Assembly: GCA_965224465.1 (NCBI GenBank)
Contig: OZ245049.1
Location: forward strand, 3,120,001-3,152,000
Source: Flavobacteriaceae bacterium
GTDB lineage: Bacteria > Bacteroidota > Bacteroidia > Flavobacteriales > Flavobacteriaceae
DNA length: 32,000 nucleotides
Direction: 5' to 3'
The notes beneath the pieces are model-generated. The model searched no databases. It saw only the letters and a program-made list of their open reading frames with translations, and was not told the origin of the DNA. A program made the position numbers and the translations under genes. Numbering within the stretch: the first letter of the stretch is position 1; each line of letters begins with the position of its first letter. This document shows positions 10,010-19,364 of the stretch, one piece after another.

Positions 10010-10279
10010 CTGTTCAAAAACGTCGGATAAAGAAAAAGTATAGATTGTTCTTTATCAATAAAACATGAAAAAGGATTGAGTTTTATACCGGGTTGTTTAA
10101 TTTCTCGTGACCGCTGCCTCAAAATAGAAAATAGTCTTTAGGGAACATAACTCATAGCCTTGGTCGAGGCTGTTGATGGTATAGAATAAGAAGCTATCTC
10201 TAAAATAGAGATATACTACCGGTATCGTTTTTTGATACTGTTAGGGGAATTAGAGCGAATTAAACGCGCCAATGATGGT

Positions 10280-11107
10280 TTATTTTTTTAGATGAACATC
10301 CATTTGAGGAAATGGAATTTCGATCTTGTTTTCTAAAAATTTACGATAGATTATTTTTCGAATATCACTTTTAATCTTTTCAATAAAAAATATATTTTTA
10401 CTGTAAAATAACAATTGAAAATCTAGTGAAGAGCCTCCAAATTCAATCAACCGTCCTTCCAAAACATCCTGTTTTGTTATTTCTGGATGCTGTAAAGCGC
10501 TTTCCTCAAGCAGGTGGATTACAAGGTCTATGTCACTTCCGTAAGCGACACCTACATTTATTTTAAATAAGGTTTTTTTGTTTTGATGGCTCCAATTTAT
10601 TACTTTGTTTGTGGTGATTAATGAGTTGGGTAAAATAATCACTATTTGGTTTCTGTTCAGTCCAGAAGAAGTTCTCAAACCTATTTCTTGAATAATAACG
10701 ATGTCACCGTCTATTTCTAGAATGTCACCAACACGAACAGAGTTCTCGAAAAGCAAGATAATTCCAGAAAGTACATCGTTAAAGGTTTGTTGCAATCCCA
10801 AACCTACTCCCACTAATAGTGCTGCAGATCCAGCAAGTAGCAAGTTTATACCAATTCCTATAGTTTCTAACATAAGAGAAATAGCAACAATCCAAATTAA
10901 ATATTTTGCAATTTGGAAGAGCGCAAAAGAACTTCCTTCGTCTAGATTATTGAGCTTTGTTTTAGAAAAAATAGCCTTATTGGTAAGCCAAAGAATCACT
11001 TTGGTTGAAATAAATATAAACAGGACTAATGCCACTTCAAAAACGGTCAGCGAATTGTCTTTATAACTAAATAATTCGGTTTGCAAAAGGTTGCTTATCG
11101 TTTCCAT
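10280..11107 (-). CDS. mechanosensitive ion channel, MscS family
   Basis: 275 aa with N-terminal TM helices followed by the MscS beta-domain (VRVGDILEIDGDIVIIQEIGLRTS). Confidence 0.85.
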   Translation of the reverse strand: METISNLLQTELFSYKDNSLTVFEVALVLFIFISTKVILWLTNKAIFSKTKLNNLDEGSSFALFQIAKYLIWIVAISLMLETIGIGINLLLAGSAALLVGVGLGLQQTFNDVLSGIILLFENSVRVGDILEIDGDIVIIQEIGLRTSSGLNRNQIVIILPNSLITTNKVINWSHQNKKTLFKINVGVAYGSDIDLVIHLLEESALQHPEITKQDVLEGRLIEFGGSSLDFQLLFYSKNIFFIEKIKSDIRKIIYRKFLENKIEIPFPQMDVHLKK

Positions 11108-12159
11108 TATTTCTTTTTTAGTTGAATAAGTTCAGATCCAGACATAAGATCTGAAATAAGTTTTGTCCTAGGGAATTGTTCTAATATTATTTTGATTACA
11201 ACGGTGATAGGAATGGATAAAATCATTCCAGGAATACCCCAAAGAAACCCCCAGAAAGAGAGCATAATTAATATGGTAATCACGTTTATAGAAAAGGATT
11301 TCCCCATAAAAACGGGTTCTAGAATTCCTCCCATAATTACTTGCACCAAAGTGATGGCGATGATAAAAAACAATAAGGTACTTGTAGGATCTAATTCTAC
11401 AAAAGCAAAAATAGTTAATAATACTACCGATACAACAGATCCTATCATTTGTACAAAGTTGATGACAAAAGCAAATAAGCCCCAGAAAATAGGGAAACTT
11501 ACATCAAAATAGTAACAAGCCAGTGTGAATCCTAGCCCTGTAAAAAAGCTGATGATAAATTTAACTTTTATAAATGTTATGATGTCTTTCTCTATTTTAA
11601 AAAATACTTTGACAGAGGAATAATGCTGTTGGAAAATAGTAGTGTTTAATATCTTTTGAAAATTTAAGGATTCTGCAAGCAAAAGAATGGCGAAAAAAGC
11701 AGTCATTATCCCAATAGAAAGCGTGCTTTTAAGCGTGTCTATTATAGTACCGATGCTTTTATTGATGTCTATCTTTTTTAAGTAGTGTTCGCTTATGCTT
11801 GTCCCTTCTACGCGCTCGATATTCATAAACTCTTCTATGGGAACAATTATCGCATGTAGTTTGGATTCAATTTTAGGGAGTAAATCTCCTTGGGATGCTA
11901 AGATTTCCTTACTTGAAAGTTGAATCACTTTTCCAGTGACAGTTAAAAACACCCCTATAATACCTATTACGAGTATTAGACTAAGAACTTTGGGAAGCCT
12001 TTTTTTATTAAACCATCGCATTAATGGTAAAAATAATAAAGCGATAAACATGGAGAAAATTAATGGAATGAAAATAAAAGACAATAATTTTAAGACCCAA
12101 AATACAATGGGTAATACAATAAAAAGCAATAATATATTAGTTGTTTTTCTTTCGTTCAT
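11107..12159 (-). CDS. AI-2E family transporter (PerM-like permease)
   Basis: 350 aa and polytopic, with the GILEPVFMGKS and GFLWGIPGMILSIP motifs. Overlaps the downstream MscS-family gene by 1 nt. Confidence 0.8.
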   Translation of the reverse strand: MNERKTTNILLLFIVLPIVFWVLKLLSFIFIPLIFSMFIALLFLPLMRWFNKKRLPKVLSLILVIGIIGVFLTVTGKVIQLSSKEILASQGDLLPKIESKLHAIIVPIEEFMNIERVEGTSISEHYLKKIDINKSIGTIIDTLKSTLSIGIMTAFFAILLLAESLNFQKILNTTIFQQHYSSVKVFFKIEKDIITFIKVKFIISFFTGLGFTLACYYFDVSFPIFWGLFAFVINFVQMIGSVVSVVLLTIFAFVELDPTSTLLFFIIAITLVQVIMGGILEPVFMGKSFSINVITILIMLSFWGFLWGIPGMILSIPITVVIKIILEQFPRTKLISDLMSGSELIQLKKK

Positions 12160-12545
12160 CTTCGTAGATTAATCGTTTTTAATAGGGTACTATTGATTGT
12201 TCTTGGATGTGATTCCCTCCCTTTGAATAGCCAACAGTGTAATCGTTACAAATCTACCACCTATTAGGTGAATAACAATGCTTGTAGACAAGGAAAAAAT
12301 AAATTTGGTATTTGTTACGTAAGCAATTAGGAATAGGCTTGCTTACAACGATATACCGATGTGTAAAATTGGTATTGACTCCTTATAAAGTTCTATAAAT
12401 GATAATTTTATCGTAATTATAGCAAAAGAAATCCTTAAATCTTAAGGTGTATAGTTCTCTGTGGTTTTGAAGATGACTTTCTTGCCGTCATTGAGATTAA
12501 TAATAGTACACATGTTTGTACTATTATTAGATATTTCACCTACTT

Positions 12546-12590
12546 AAAACAAAAAATAATTCCATTTCTAAACCGTTACTTGGAAATGTA
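12546..12590 (+). repeat. E stem-loop repeat copy with A-rich leader
   Basis: AAAACAAAAAATAATTCCATTTCTAAACCGTTACTTGGAAATGTA matches the copies at 6410-6455 and 6572-6617. Confidence 0.85.
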
Positions 12591-12649
12591 TCTGTATGCA
12601 TGTAGCGCCTCTTTTAACGCTGGAGGTTTTATCATTTTAGGCAAAAAAA

Positions 12650-13435
12650 TTAATCATTAAAATCGCTTTTTACGAGTGTATTTGTGTTTTTAATGTGAAT
12701 TATTTTAAAAGTGTGAAGTACCTTCATAATCATGTAGGTAACGTCGATGTCGATTTTTTTTACGCCACCAAAATTAGCACGATCACTGTATTTGTGATGG
12801 TTGTTATGGTAGCCTTCTCCCATCATTAAAAAATCAAATGCAAATAAATTTTTGGAAGTGTCTGCTACTTTAAAATTTACAGACCCGTAGACATGGGCAA
12901 ACCAATTGATGATCATCCCGTGGATAGGAGCCATAAAGAAAGTGATTGGTAAAAATAACCATTGCCACCAAGCATCTGCAAAGAAATAAAAGAAAGTACT
13001 GTATAAAACAACCCAAAATATTCTAGAAGCTATAGAGCTTGCAAAAGTATCAAAAGCCTTCCATTGTGGAACATTTACCGTAAATTTTTCATCTACAGCA
13101 ATGCGTTTTTTATTGATGTTTTGATATATGTTTTTTGTACGCCACATCATTGCGAAAGGGTTTTTATCGTATTTTGGAGAGTGTGGATCTTGTTCTGTGT
13201 CTGCGTACGCATGGTGCATTCTGTGCATAACACCATAGCCGTATGCGCTTAAATAACTGGAGCCTTGAAAGATCCAAGTCAATACGAAACATGTTTTTTC
13301 AGCAAAATTTGACATTGTATAGGTCTGATGTGCGGCATACCTGTGCAAGAAAAATGTTTGAAAAAACAAACCGACATACCATAATACAAGGACTAAAATT
13401 ATAATTTCCATAAGGGGTTTTAAAATAGAGTACAA
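12650..13435 (-). CDS. acyl-CoA/acyl-lipid fatty-acid desaturase
   Basis: 261 aa with three histidine boxes: HRYAAHQ, HRMHHAYAD and HNNHHKY. Confidence 0.85.
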   Translation of the reverse strand: MYSILKPLMEIIILVLVLWYVGLFFQTFFLHRYAAHQTYTMSNFAEKTCFVLTWIFQGSSYLSAYGYGVMHRMHHAYADTEQDPHSPKYDKNPFAMMWRTKNIYQNINKKRIAVDEKFTVNVPQWKAFDTFASSIASRIFWVVLYSTFFYFFADAWWQWLFLPITFFMAPIHGMIINWFAHVYGSVNFKVADTSKNLFAFDFLMMGEGYHNNHHKYSDRANFGGVKKIDIDVTYMIMKVLHTFKIIHIKNTNTLVKSDFND

Positions 13436-13473
13436 ATGTATGTGCTAACTGTTTTAGGTGCAATGAATCGAAG

Positions 13474-14046
13474 TTAAGAAATTTGCTTCCTTATGCGACT
13501 TAATGCTTGTGGTGTAACTCCTATATACGACGCGATGAATTTTAAGGGGATTTCTTTGATTAATTTTGGGCGTTCTTTAAATAAGTTGAGATAGCGTTCT
13601 GTGGCGGTTTCGTTGAGTAAGGATTGTTCGCGTTTTGATTTTAATAAAAACAATCTTTCCGAGGATAGACGTCCTATTAGATTTCCGATTTTTGTGTTTT
13701 TATAAACTTCCTGTAGATGATCGTAGGAAATACTCCAAATAGTAGTGTCCGTTAATGTTTCTAATTGATATAAAGAGGGCGTTCTTGTCAAAAAAGAGTC
13801 ATAGGCACTGATAAATTCTCCTTCAAAACTAAAGCCAAAAGTAATTTCTTTATCCGGGTTTTCCTTGGGGATAAAAAGCCGTACAATGCCTTGTTCTATA
13901 AACGAAATATAGTTTTCTATATGCCCAAATAAATGAACAGCGGAGTTTTTTTTATAGATTCGCTTTTCTAAACCTTTAGAAAACAGTTTCCAATCAGCAT
14001 CACTGATAGCAGCAATATGTTCTAAATAAGTTCTAAAAGTGTTCAT
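13474..14046 (-). CDS. Crp/Fnr-family transcriptional regulator
   Basis: Has a cNMP-binding-like fold and a C-terminal HTH (ASYIGVTPQALSRIRK). The ORF track extends to 14157, but the internal ATG at 14046 gives the typical ~190-aa length. Confidence 0.75.
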   Translation of the reverse strand: MNTFRTYLEHIAAISDADWKLFSKGLEKRIYKKNSAVHLFGHIENYISFIEQGIVRLFIPKENPDKEITFGFSFEGEFISAYDSFLTRTPSLYQLETLTDTTIWSISYDHLQEVYKNTKIGNLIGRLSSERLFLLKSKREQSLLNETATERYLNLFKERPKLIKEIPLKFIASYIGVTPQALSRIRKQIS

Positions 14047-14556
14047 GTAGTATTGTTTTTTTTGCCAACACGTTTTTGTAGTTGTAAAATCATTTTTTAA
14101 AAGGTGCTTTCTGTATATCGATTGTATACTTGCAGTACGCTGAGTTTTGGTTTTCAAAGGTAGGCATTCCTTTTTAAGGTGAGGGATTGATTTTTAAAAT
14201 AAATACGCATAATTTTTTGATGCAAATTCTATATAATTATTGCTAAAATACATAGAAAAATCAGCCGTGCTGATGGGGTATTTACCGCTGTTCCTTTTGT
14301 ATTGGAATACTGTTGCTGTTTCTTATCCGAGCTTCTAGAACAAGCACTGATGTATTTTATTTTTTTTGATTCTAAGTGATTTACTACTCGCTTCTTCCTG
14401 CTAGTATGTCTAAAATACTTGTTTTAAAAAGATGCATAACGGTAAAATAAAAATAACGGTAAAATTGTATGTTTGACCAAGTGTAAATCCAAAAACTAAG
14501 TGTATTTTTAATGCCTTCCTAGCCTTAGAAATAGACCTTGTGTAAAATTTAATAAA

Positions 14557-15546
14557 ATGAAAGAACACTATAGAAAAGTACAGCTCTTAGATAGAGAATC
14601 TCCACTTGAATTATTACCTAATTTATCTAAATATCTCGGGCCTAAAATTTATGTAAAACGAGATGATGTTGGAGGCCGCGCAGGGGGAGGAAATAAATTA
14701 AGAAAATACCAAAGAATTATAGGTGATGCTTTGGAGCAAGGTTGTGATACGCTTATAATTGCGGGTCATTTCCAGTCAAATGCTTCAAGAGCTTTGGTGG
14801 GTGCTGCCTGCCAATTAGGACTTAAATCTATTGTTGTTTGTAAAGAGATGATTCCAAAACAAAACGAATCATTCAATCAAAATGGAAATGCCTTGTTAAT
14901 GTCTTTAATGGATGCTGATATTGTGGAAATTAAACAAGATGATGACTTCTGTGTTGAGATGAATAAAGTAGCCGATCGCATAAAACACAAAGGAGGAAAA
15001 CCTTATGTAATTCCATTTGGAGGCTCTAATCTTCTCGGTTCGCTTGGCTATGTTGATTGTTCTAATGAGATTATAGAGCAATGTAAAAAAGAGAATATTA
15101 ATCTAGATTATGTTTTTGTAGCAATAGGGAGTGGGGGGACTCAGGCGGGTTTAGTTGCAGGGTTTAAGATGAGTGATGTAGCTGTTAAAGTAATTGGAAT
15201 CAGTGTTTTGCATAATAAAAAGGTGGCGACTGAAATAGTAGAAAGATTAACAACTGAAATTTTAGTAGATAAAAAACACAAACCAGTTAGGGATATAAAT
15301 GTAGTGGTAGACGATGCCTTTGTAGGTGACGGCTATGGAATACCGACTAAAGAAGGAGTTGAAGCAATCAAATTGCTAGCAAGGACGGAAGCCTTGTTTC
15401 TGTGCCCAGTATATACGTCAAAAGCAATGGCTGGTTTAATTTCATATATTAAAAATGGAGAGATAAAGAGTAGCGATTCGGTACTGTTTATTCATACAGG
15501 TGGAATGCCGCTAGTACATGCTTATTACGATACATACGAATTATGA
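14557..15546 (+). CDS. PLP-dependent D-cysteine desulfhydrase / ACC deaminase family enzyme
   Basis: 329 aa. Carries KRDDVGG...GGNKLRK (PLP lysine) and a GSGGTQAGL glycine loop. Confidence 0.8.
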   Translation: MKEHYRKVQLLDRESPLELLPNLSKYLGPKIYVKRDDVGGRAGGGNKLRKYQRIIGDALEQGCDTLIIAGHFQSNASRALVGAACQLGLKSIVVCKEMIPKQNESFNQNGNALLMSLMDADIVEIKQDDDFCVEMNKVADRIKHKGGKPYVIPFGGSNLLGSLGYVDCSNEIIEQCKKENINLDYVFVAIGSGGTQAGLVAGFKMSDVAVKVIGISVLHNKKVATEIVERLTTEILVDKKHKPVRDINVVVDDAFVGDGYGIPTKEGVEAIKLLARTEALFLCPVYTSKAMAGLISYIKNGEIKSSDSVLFIHTGGMPLVHAYYDTYEL

Positions 15547-16226
15547 AAAAAATAATTAATACAGGATTAAAAATTGTTGGGATATTATGTGTGATTTTTA
15601 CCTGTGTAGTATTTATGCAGTCACATATATTTAAAATGTATACTATTATGTCTACAGGAAATGAACCAGCGATAATGCGAAAGACTACGATTTTTGTTTC
15701 TAGTTTGGTGGGTTTTGAAAATGGCGATTTTGTTTGCTTTAAATATTCAAACGAAACACAAGGGGATCAGGTGAGCGTTTATCGGCTTCTAGGGATGTCT
15801 GGAGATATTGTGGAACTTAAAAATGGTGTTCTCTATTTGAATGGCGATAATTTTGACAAGCAACTTAATTTGAAGCATTTGTACATTCTTAGTGTTAGTG
15901 AATATCAGTGTTTACTAGATAGTGGTTTTGTAGAAGAGGAAGGTAGTACGTTTAAAATTCAGTCGCAATTTTATGTTTATCTAATAGATAAAATCGCAAA
16001 AAATAACGGGCTTTTTTCAAGAATAAAATTGGAACCTAAGAACTTCCTAAATTTACAAATATCGAAAGTGTATCATGAGAACTGGAATTTAGATAATTTT
16101 GGGCCTTTAAAAATTCCATCTGGAAAATGTTTCCTAATCGGAGATAACCGCCATAATTCTGAGGATTCTAGGTTTATTGGGCTGATTAATGAATCAGATA
16201 TTATTGGGACTGTTGTGAAAAAATGA
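15543..16226 (+). CDS. S26 signal-peptidase-I homologue, apparently lacking the Ser/Lys dyad
   Basis: 227 aa with an N-terminal TM helix. Box E GDNRHNSEDSRFIG is intact. Box B reads YTIMSTGNEPAI where SM(E/x)PT is expected, and box D reads VYRLLGMSGD where (V)KR..G.PGD is expected. ATGA overlap with the upstream gene. Confidence 0.7.
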   Translation: MKKIINTGLKIVGILCVIFTCVVFMQSHIFKMYTIMSTGNEPAIMRKTTIFVSSLVGFENGDFVCFKYSNETQGDQVSVYRLLGMSGDIVELKNGVLYLNGDNFDKQLNLKHLYILSVSEYQCLLDSGFVEEEGSTFKIQSQFYVYLIDKIAKNNGLFSRIKLEPKNFLNLQISKVYHENWNLDNFGPLKIPSGKCFLIGDNRHNSEDSRFIGLINESDIIGTVVKK

Positions 16227-16329
16227 CCTTCATAAATAGATTCCTTCTTTTTGTCCGAAAACCAAACCAAAGGCAGCGATGTTTGTCCTATCTGTTTTTT
16301 AGCGATATCATATAAAAAACCACGGCTTC

Positions 16330-16382
16330 GTTTTAGATGTAAATTAAACTATTTATATTGGTTATTTTGGATTGTAATAGGT
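16330..16382 (-). repeat. C-core dispersed repeat copy (diverged, inverted)
   Basis: GTAAATTAAACTATTTATATTGGTTATTTTGGATTGTAATAGGT resembles the reverse complement of 6302-6350. Confidence 0.6.
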
Positions 16383-16451
16383 AATAAACAGCAAGATGAT
16401 TGGTAGTGTGGTGTTTTAATTGTGTTTTCACAAGTTGTTTAGATCAAATAA

Positions 16452-16910
16452 TTAACTGGTGATATTGAGTTGTAAATCATCTGCTTCGGCTTTTTTGTCA
16501 AGTTTTGTTCCATAAATAAACCCGATAAGGATTCCAATAGGAAGGCCTAGGCCTAGGAAGCCATAATTACCTAAAGCAGCAGAAAAAACAATGCCTATGG
16601 GGAGTCCAAATACCGACATTCCCAAGACCATCCAGAGGGTTTTGTAATGGTTTATGGAAACGTATTTAAGTTCGTTTTTTAGTGATTTAAGAATGTTTGT
16701 ATATGTTTTTTGAATGGACTTTTTGAGTTCCTTTTCGGTTCCTGTAAATGAATTTAATGTATTAATTTGTATGTTGATAGTGGAGGTGATGGAATCGGGT
16801 AGCTCCTTTGCTTTTAGAGCGGTAATTAGGATTTCCATTTTGTCAATTTCGTTGATCAACTTCTTGTTTTGGAGGTTGTTTTTTTGAATGTCTAGGAGTT
16901 GAAGTTTCAT
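16452..16910 (-). CDS. hypothetical protein with coiled-coil N-terminus and two glycine-rich C-terminal TM helices
   Basis: 152-aa ORF. The C-terminus reads WMVLGMSVFGLPIGIVFSAALGNYGFLGLGLPIGILIGFIYG. Confidence 0.5.
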   Translation of the reverse strand: MKLQLLDIQKNNLQNKKLINEIDKMEILITALKAKELPDSITSTINIQINTLNSFTGTEKELKKSIQKTYTNILKSLKNELKYVSINHYKTLWMVLGMSVFGLPIGIVFSAALGNYGFLGLGLPIGILIGFIYGTKLDKKAEADDLQLNITS

Positions 16911-16942
16911 AAAAAGAGTATGTTTAGTTGGGGATAGATTCT

Positions 16943-18265
16943 TTATCCATTCAGTTTTTTGTAGAGTAGTAAGGCAGATCCGTCGGTCATTCCAGAAACA
17001 CAGTTACAAACACTCAGAATTCTATCGTATAAGTCCTCTGCTGGTTCACGGTATTTTTCTGGTAGAACTTGTAAGATTAGCTTGTCGTAATTGGTGAGAT
17101 TTCCTTTAAATTTATTGTTGAGAGCGGTTAAAAACACATCCAATAAGAAATCTAAAATTTTATAGCCAGCCAATTCTTTTTCAACCACTTCTTTACTGCG
17201 ATAAATTTTTTCAACACTAATTTTTATAATGTCTGAAATTTGGGCTTCGTACTGACATTTGTCGAGTAAAGAATACGGGTATTCTCCTGCCAAAATAGCT
17301 GCTTCATTGTCTAGGAACACATGGGTAGCCTCCATAATTAATGTATTTATAGAAAGTGCTCTTAAATAACTAATACGTTCTTTGGTGTGTTTTAGACTGT
17401 GAAATTTTTCTGAATTGATATTGTTTTTTACTAGTTTTATCAGGTATTCTAGCGCATAAGACTCGTCTATCAAGCCCATATTTATGCCATCTTCAAAATC
17501 GATGATGGTATAACAAATATCATCTGCAGCCTCTACTATATATGCTAATGGATGGCGATTTACCCTTCCTGTATTTTTATTTTTTAAACCTAAATCATCC
17601 ACAACCTCTTTAAATATTCCGAGTTCAGATTGGAAAACACCGTATTTTTTATCGGCAATATGTGTTGTTGGTTTTTTGGGTAGAGATTCCTTTGGGTATT
17701 TCATAAAAGCACCTAAAGTAGCGTAGGTCAATCGCAAACCACCTTCAGAACTGGACGAACTTTCGTTCACTATTTTAAAGCCATTGGCATTTCCTTCAAA
17801 GGAAACTAAATCCTCCCATTGTTTGTCGGTCAATTCGTTTTTGAATTGCAAGCCATTTCCATTGGTGAAATATTCACCAATAGCCTTTTCTCCGCTATGT
17901 CCAAATGGAGGATTTCCTATGTCATGTGCCAAGGCAGCTGTTGCGGTAATGGCACCAAAATCGTTGCTTTGGAATCCTTCGTCTACTAAGTTGGGGTATC
18001 TTTTTAAAATTTCTTTTCCAATAACTCTTCCTAGAGATCTTGCCACAACACTTACCTCCAAACTGTGGGTAAGTCGGGTGTGTACAAAACCTGTTTTAGA
18101 TAGAGGGACCACTTGGGTTTTGTCTTGTAAACTACGAAACGAGTCAGAAAAAATAATACGATCATAATCCACTTCAAATCCTAGACGAGTTTCGTCTTGC
18201 AGGTTTCGTTCTCTTTTTTTTGTGTCGCCAAAGCGCTTTAAAGATAATAGTTGACTCCAGTTCAT
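16943..18265 (-). CDS. dgt: dGTP triphosphohydrolase-like HD-domain protein
   Basis: 440 aa with the HD-domain motifs HSLEVS and HDIGNPPFGHSGE. Confidence 0.85.
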   Translation of the reverse strand: MNWSQLLSLKRFGDTKKRERNLQDETRLGFEVDYDRIIFSDSFRSLQDKTQVVPLSKTGFVHTRLTHSLEVSVVARSLGRVIGKEILKRYPNLVDEGFQSNDFGAITATAALAHDIGNPPFGHSGEKAIGEYFTNGNGLQFKNELTDKQWEDLVSFEGNANGFKIVNESSSSSEGGLRLTYATLGAFMKYPKESLPKKPTTHIADKKYGVFQSELGIFKEVVDDLGLKNKNTGRVNRHPLAYIVEAADDICYTIIDFEDGINMGLIDESYALEYLIKLVKNNINSEKFHSLKHTKERISYLRALSINTLIMEATHVFLDNEAAILAGEYPYSLLDKCQYEAQISDIIKISVEKIYRSKEVVEKELAGYKILDFLLDVFLTALNNKFKGNLTNYDKLILQVLPEKYREPAEDLYDRILSVCNCVSGMTDGSALLLYKKLNG

Positions 18266-18412
18266 TGCTTAAGTATTGAGGCTGCAAGATACATTTTCTT
18301 AAGTTTTGATGTCAATATTTTCTTATGCTTTTAAAGTGCTTAAATAATTGCTTTTAGAAGGCTTCTCTTAATAGATTTAACGATTGCTTTACGGCACAAC
18401 TTTGATTTATTC

Positions 18413-18757
18413 CCCAATTACTCGCTATCGCTCAGGATAAAATTTGTATCGTGTGACCGTAGCAGCTTAAGAATACATGAAAAACAAATAATAGCATGGC
18501 TTAACGTGGATGCTACACGATACAAATATATTAGGAGCGTTGGGCTTTACTTGTTGAGGCTACAATCATTGGCGTCCCAAAAACCTACTATCCTATACAG
18601 TTTTTATTGTTGTTTTAAAGAATTTACAAATCTAAAGTAATAAGAAAAATAAGACCTTTTGTAAATCTTGCTGTTTTGTTACTTCTATTGTTGTTTTCTG
18701 CGAAGTCAGAGACTGTCGCAGAGCCGTATTTTTTTATTTAGACTTCGTGGAGTGGGG
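18413..18757. repeat. island repeat family A, copy 1 (345 bp)
   Basis: Near-identical to 20768-21145 apart from a 33-bp indel. Ends in the shared tail GACTTCGTGGAGTGGGG. Confidence 0.9.
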
Positions 18758-18981
18758 CTGCTCAATACTCTCGTATTGAAAACGGAAAGACAGACCCTTC
18801 TATTTCTACTGTAGAAAAAATTGCCAAAGCCCTTGGTGTAACTATGGCAGAACTGTTTACCAGTTCTAATGATTTAAAAGAAGTTCATTCTTTGAATAAA
18901 ACGTTAATGGAAAGAGTGGCATCCAGAGTATATTGCTCTTTTGAACGCGATACAATCGCGCACTACAGGGGATACATTTGA
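18748..18981 (+). pseudogene. 5'-truncated XRE-family helix-turn-helix gene fragment
   Basis: Open frame without a start: WSGAAQYSRIENGKTDPSISTVEKIAKALGVTMAELF... The recognition helix and wing of an XRE HTH are present, but helices 1-2 are replaced by the end of repeat A. Confidence 0.6.
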
Positions 18982-19364
18982 TTGTTGGTTCTTATCAAAT
19001 TACCAGTATAAAAAAAAAGACTTAAAACAAAAACAATAACTAGAAATGAAACTAACCTAATATAAAATCTCTTCTTTTTAGATTCACAATTTATTTCAGT
19101 TAATATTTTGTTTCCTAATTTAGAAAAATAATAATAATTAATTCCAAACAATAAAACAATTGAAAAAATTGGAATCCATTTAGAATAATCTAGAAAGTTC
19201 CCACTTGTACTCAATGCCAAATAAAAATCTAGAATTGAACTTAATGCCATCGATTCTAAAACAGAAATTACTACAATACAATAGAAAAATGGATTATCAC
19301 CCCAGTTTTCTATTTTCAACACTTCCTTATAAAAATGATTTAAGCTATAGTATAAATATCTCAT
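18963..19364 (-). CDS. putative immunity protein 1 (3 predicted TM helices)
   Basis: 133 aa. Its start overlaps the CT1 stop in an ATGA overlap. Three hydrophobic helices. The stop codon lies inside junction segment D. Confidence 0.55.
   Translation of the reverse strand: MRYLYYSLNHFYKEVLKIENWGDNPFFYCIVVISVLESMALSSILDFYLALSTSGNFLDYSKWIPIFSIVLLFGINYYYFSKLGNKILTEINCESKKKRFYIRLVSFLVIVFVLSLFFYTGNLIRTNNQMYPL

Noticed and set aside
10020-10280. Several short hairpins (for example ATCTCTA-aaa-TAGAGAT and GTATC-gtttttt-GATAC) between the convergent DUF3078 and MscS-family genes; possible ncRNA.
   Set aside because: They are short AT-rich stems expected by chance or acting as simple terminators. No repeat or recognisable RNA motif is present.
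16943-18265. dGTPase as an anti-phage nucleotide-depletion defence gene adjacent to the island.
   Set aside because: Its size and motifs fit the housekeeping dGTPase-like gene common in Flavobacteriia. It lies outside the repeat-bounded island, and nothing in the sequence distinguishes it as a defence paralogue.
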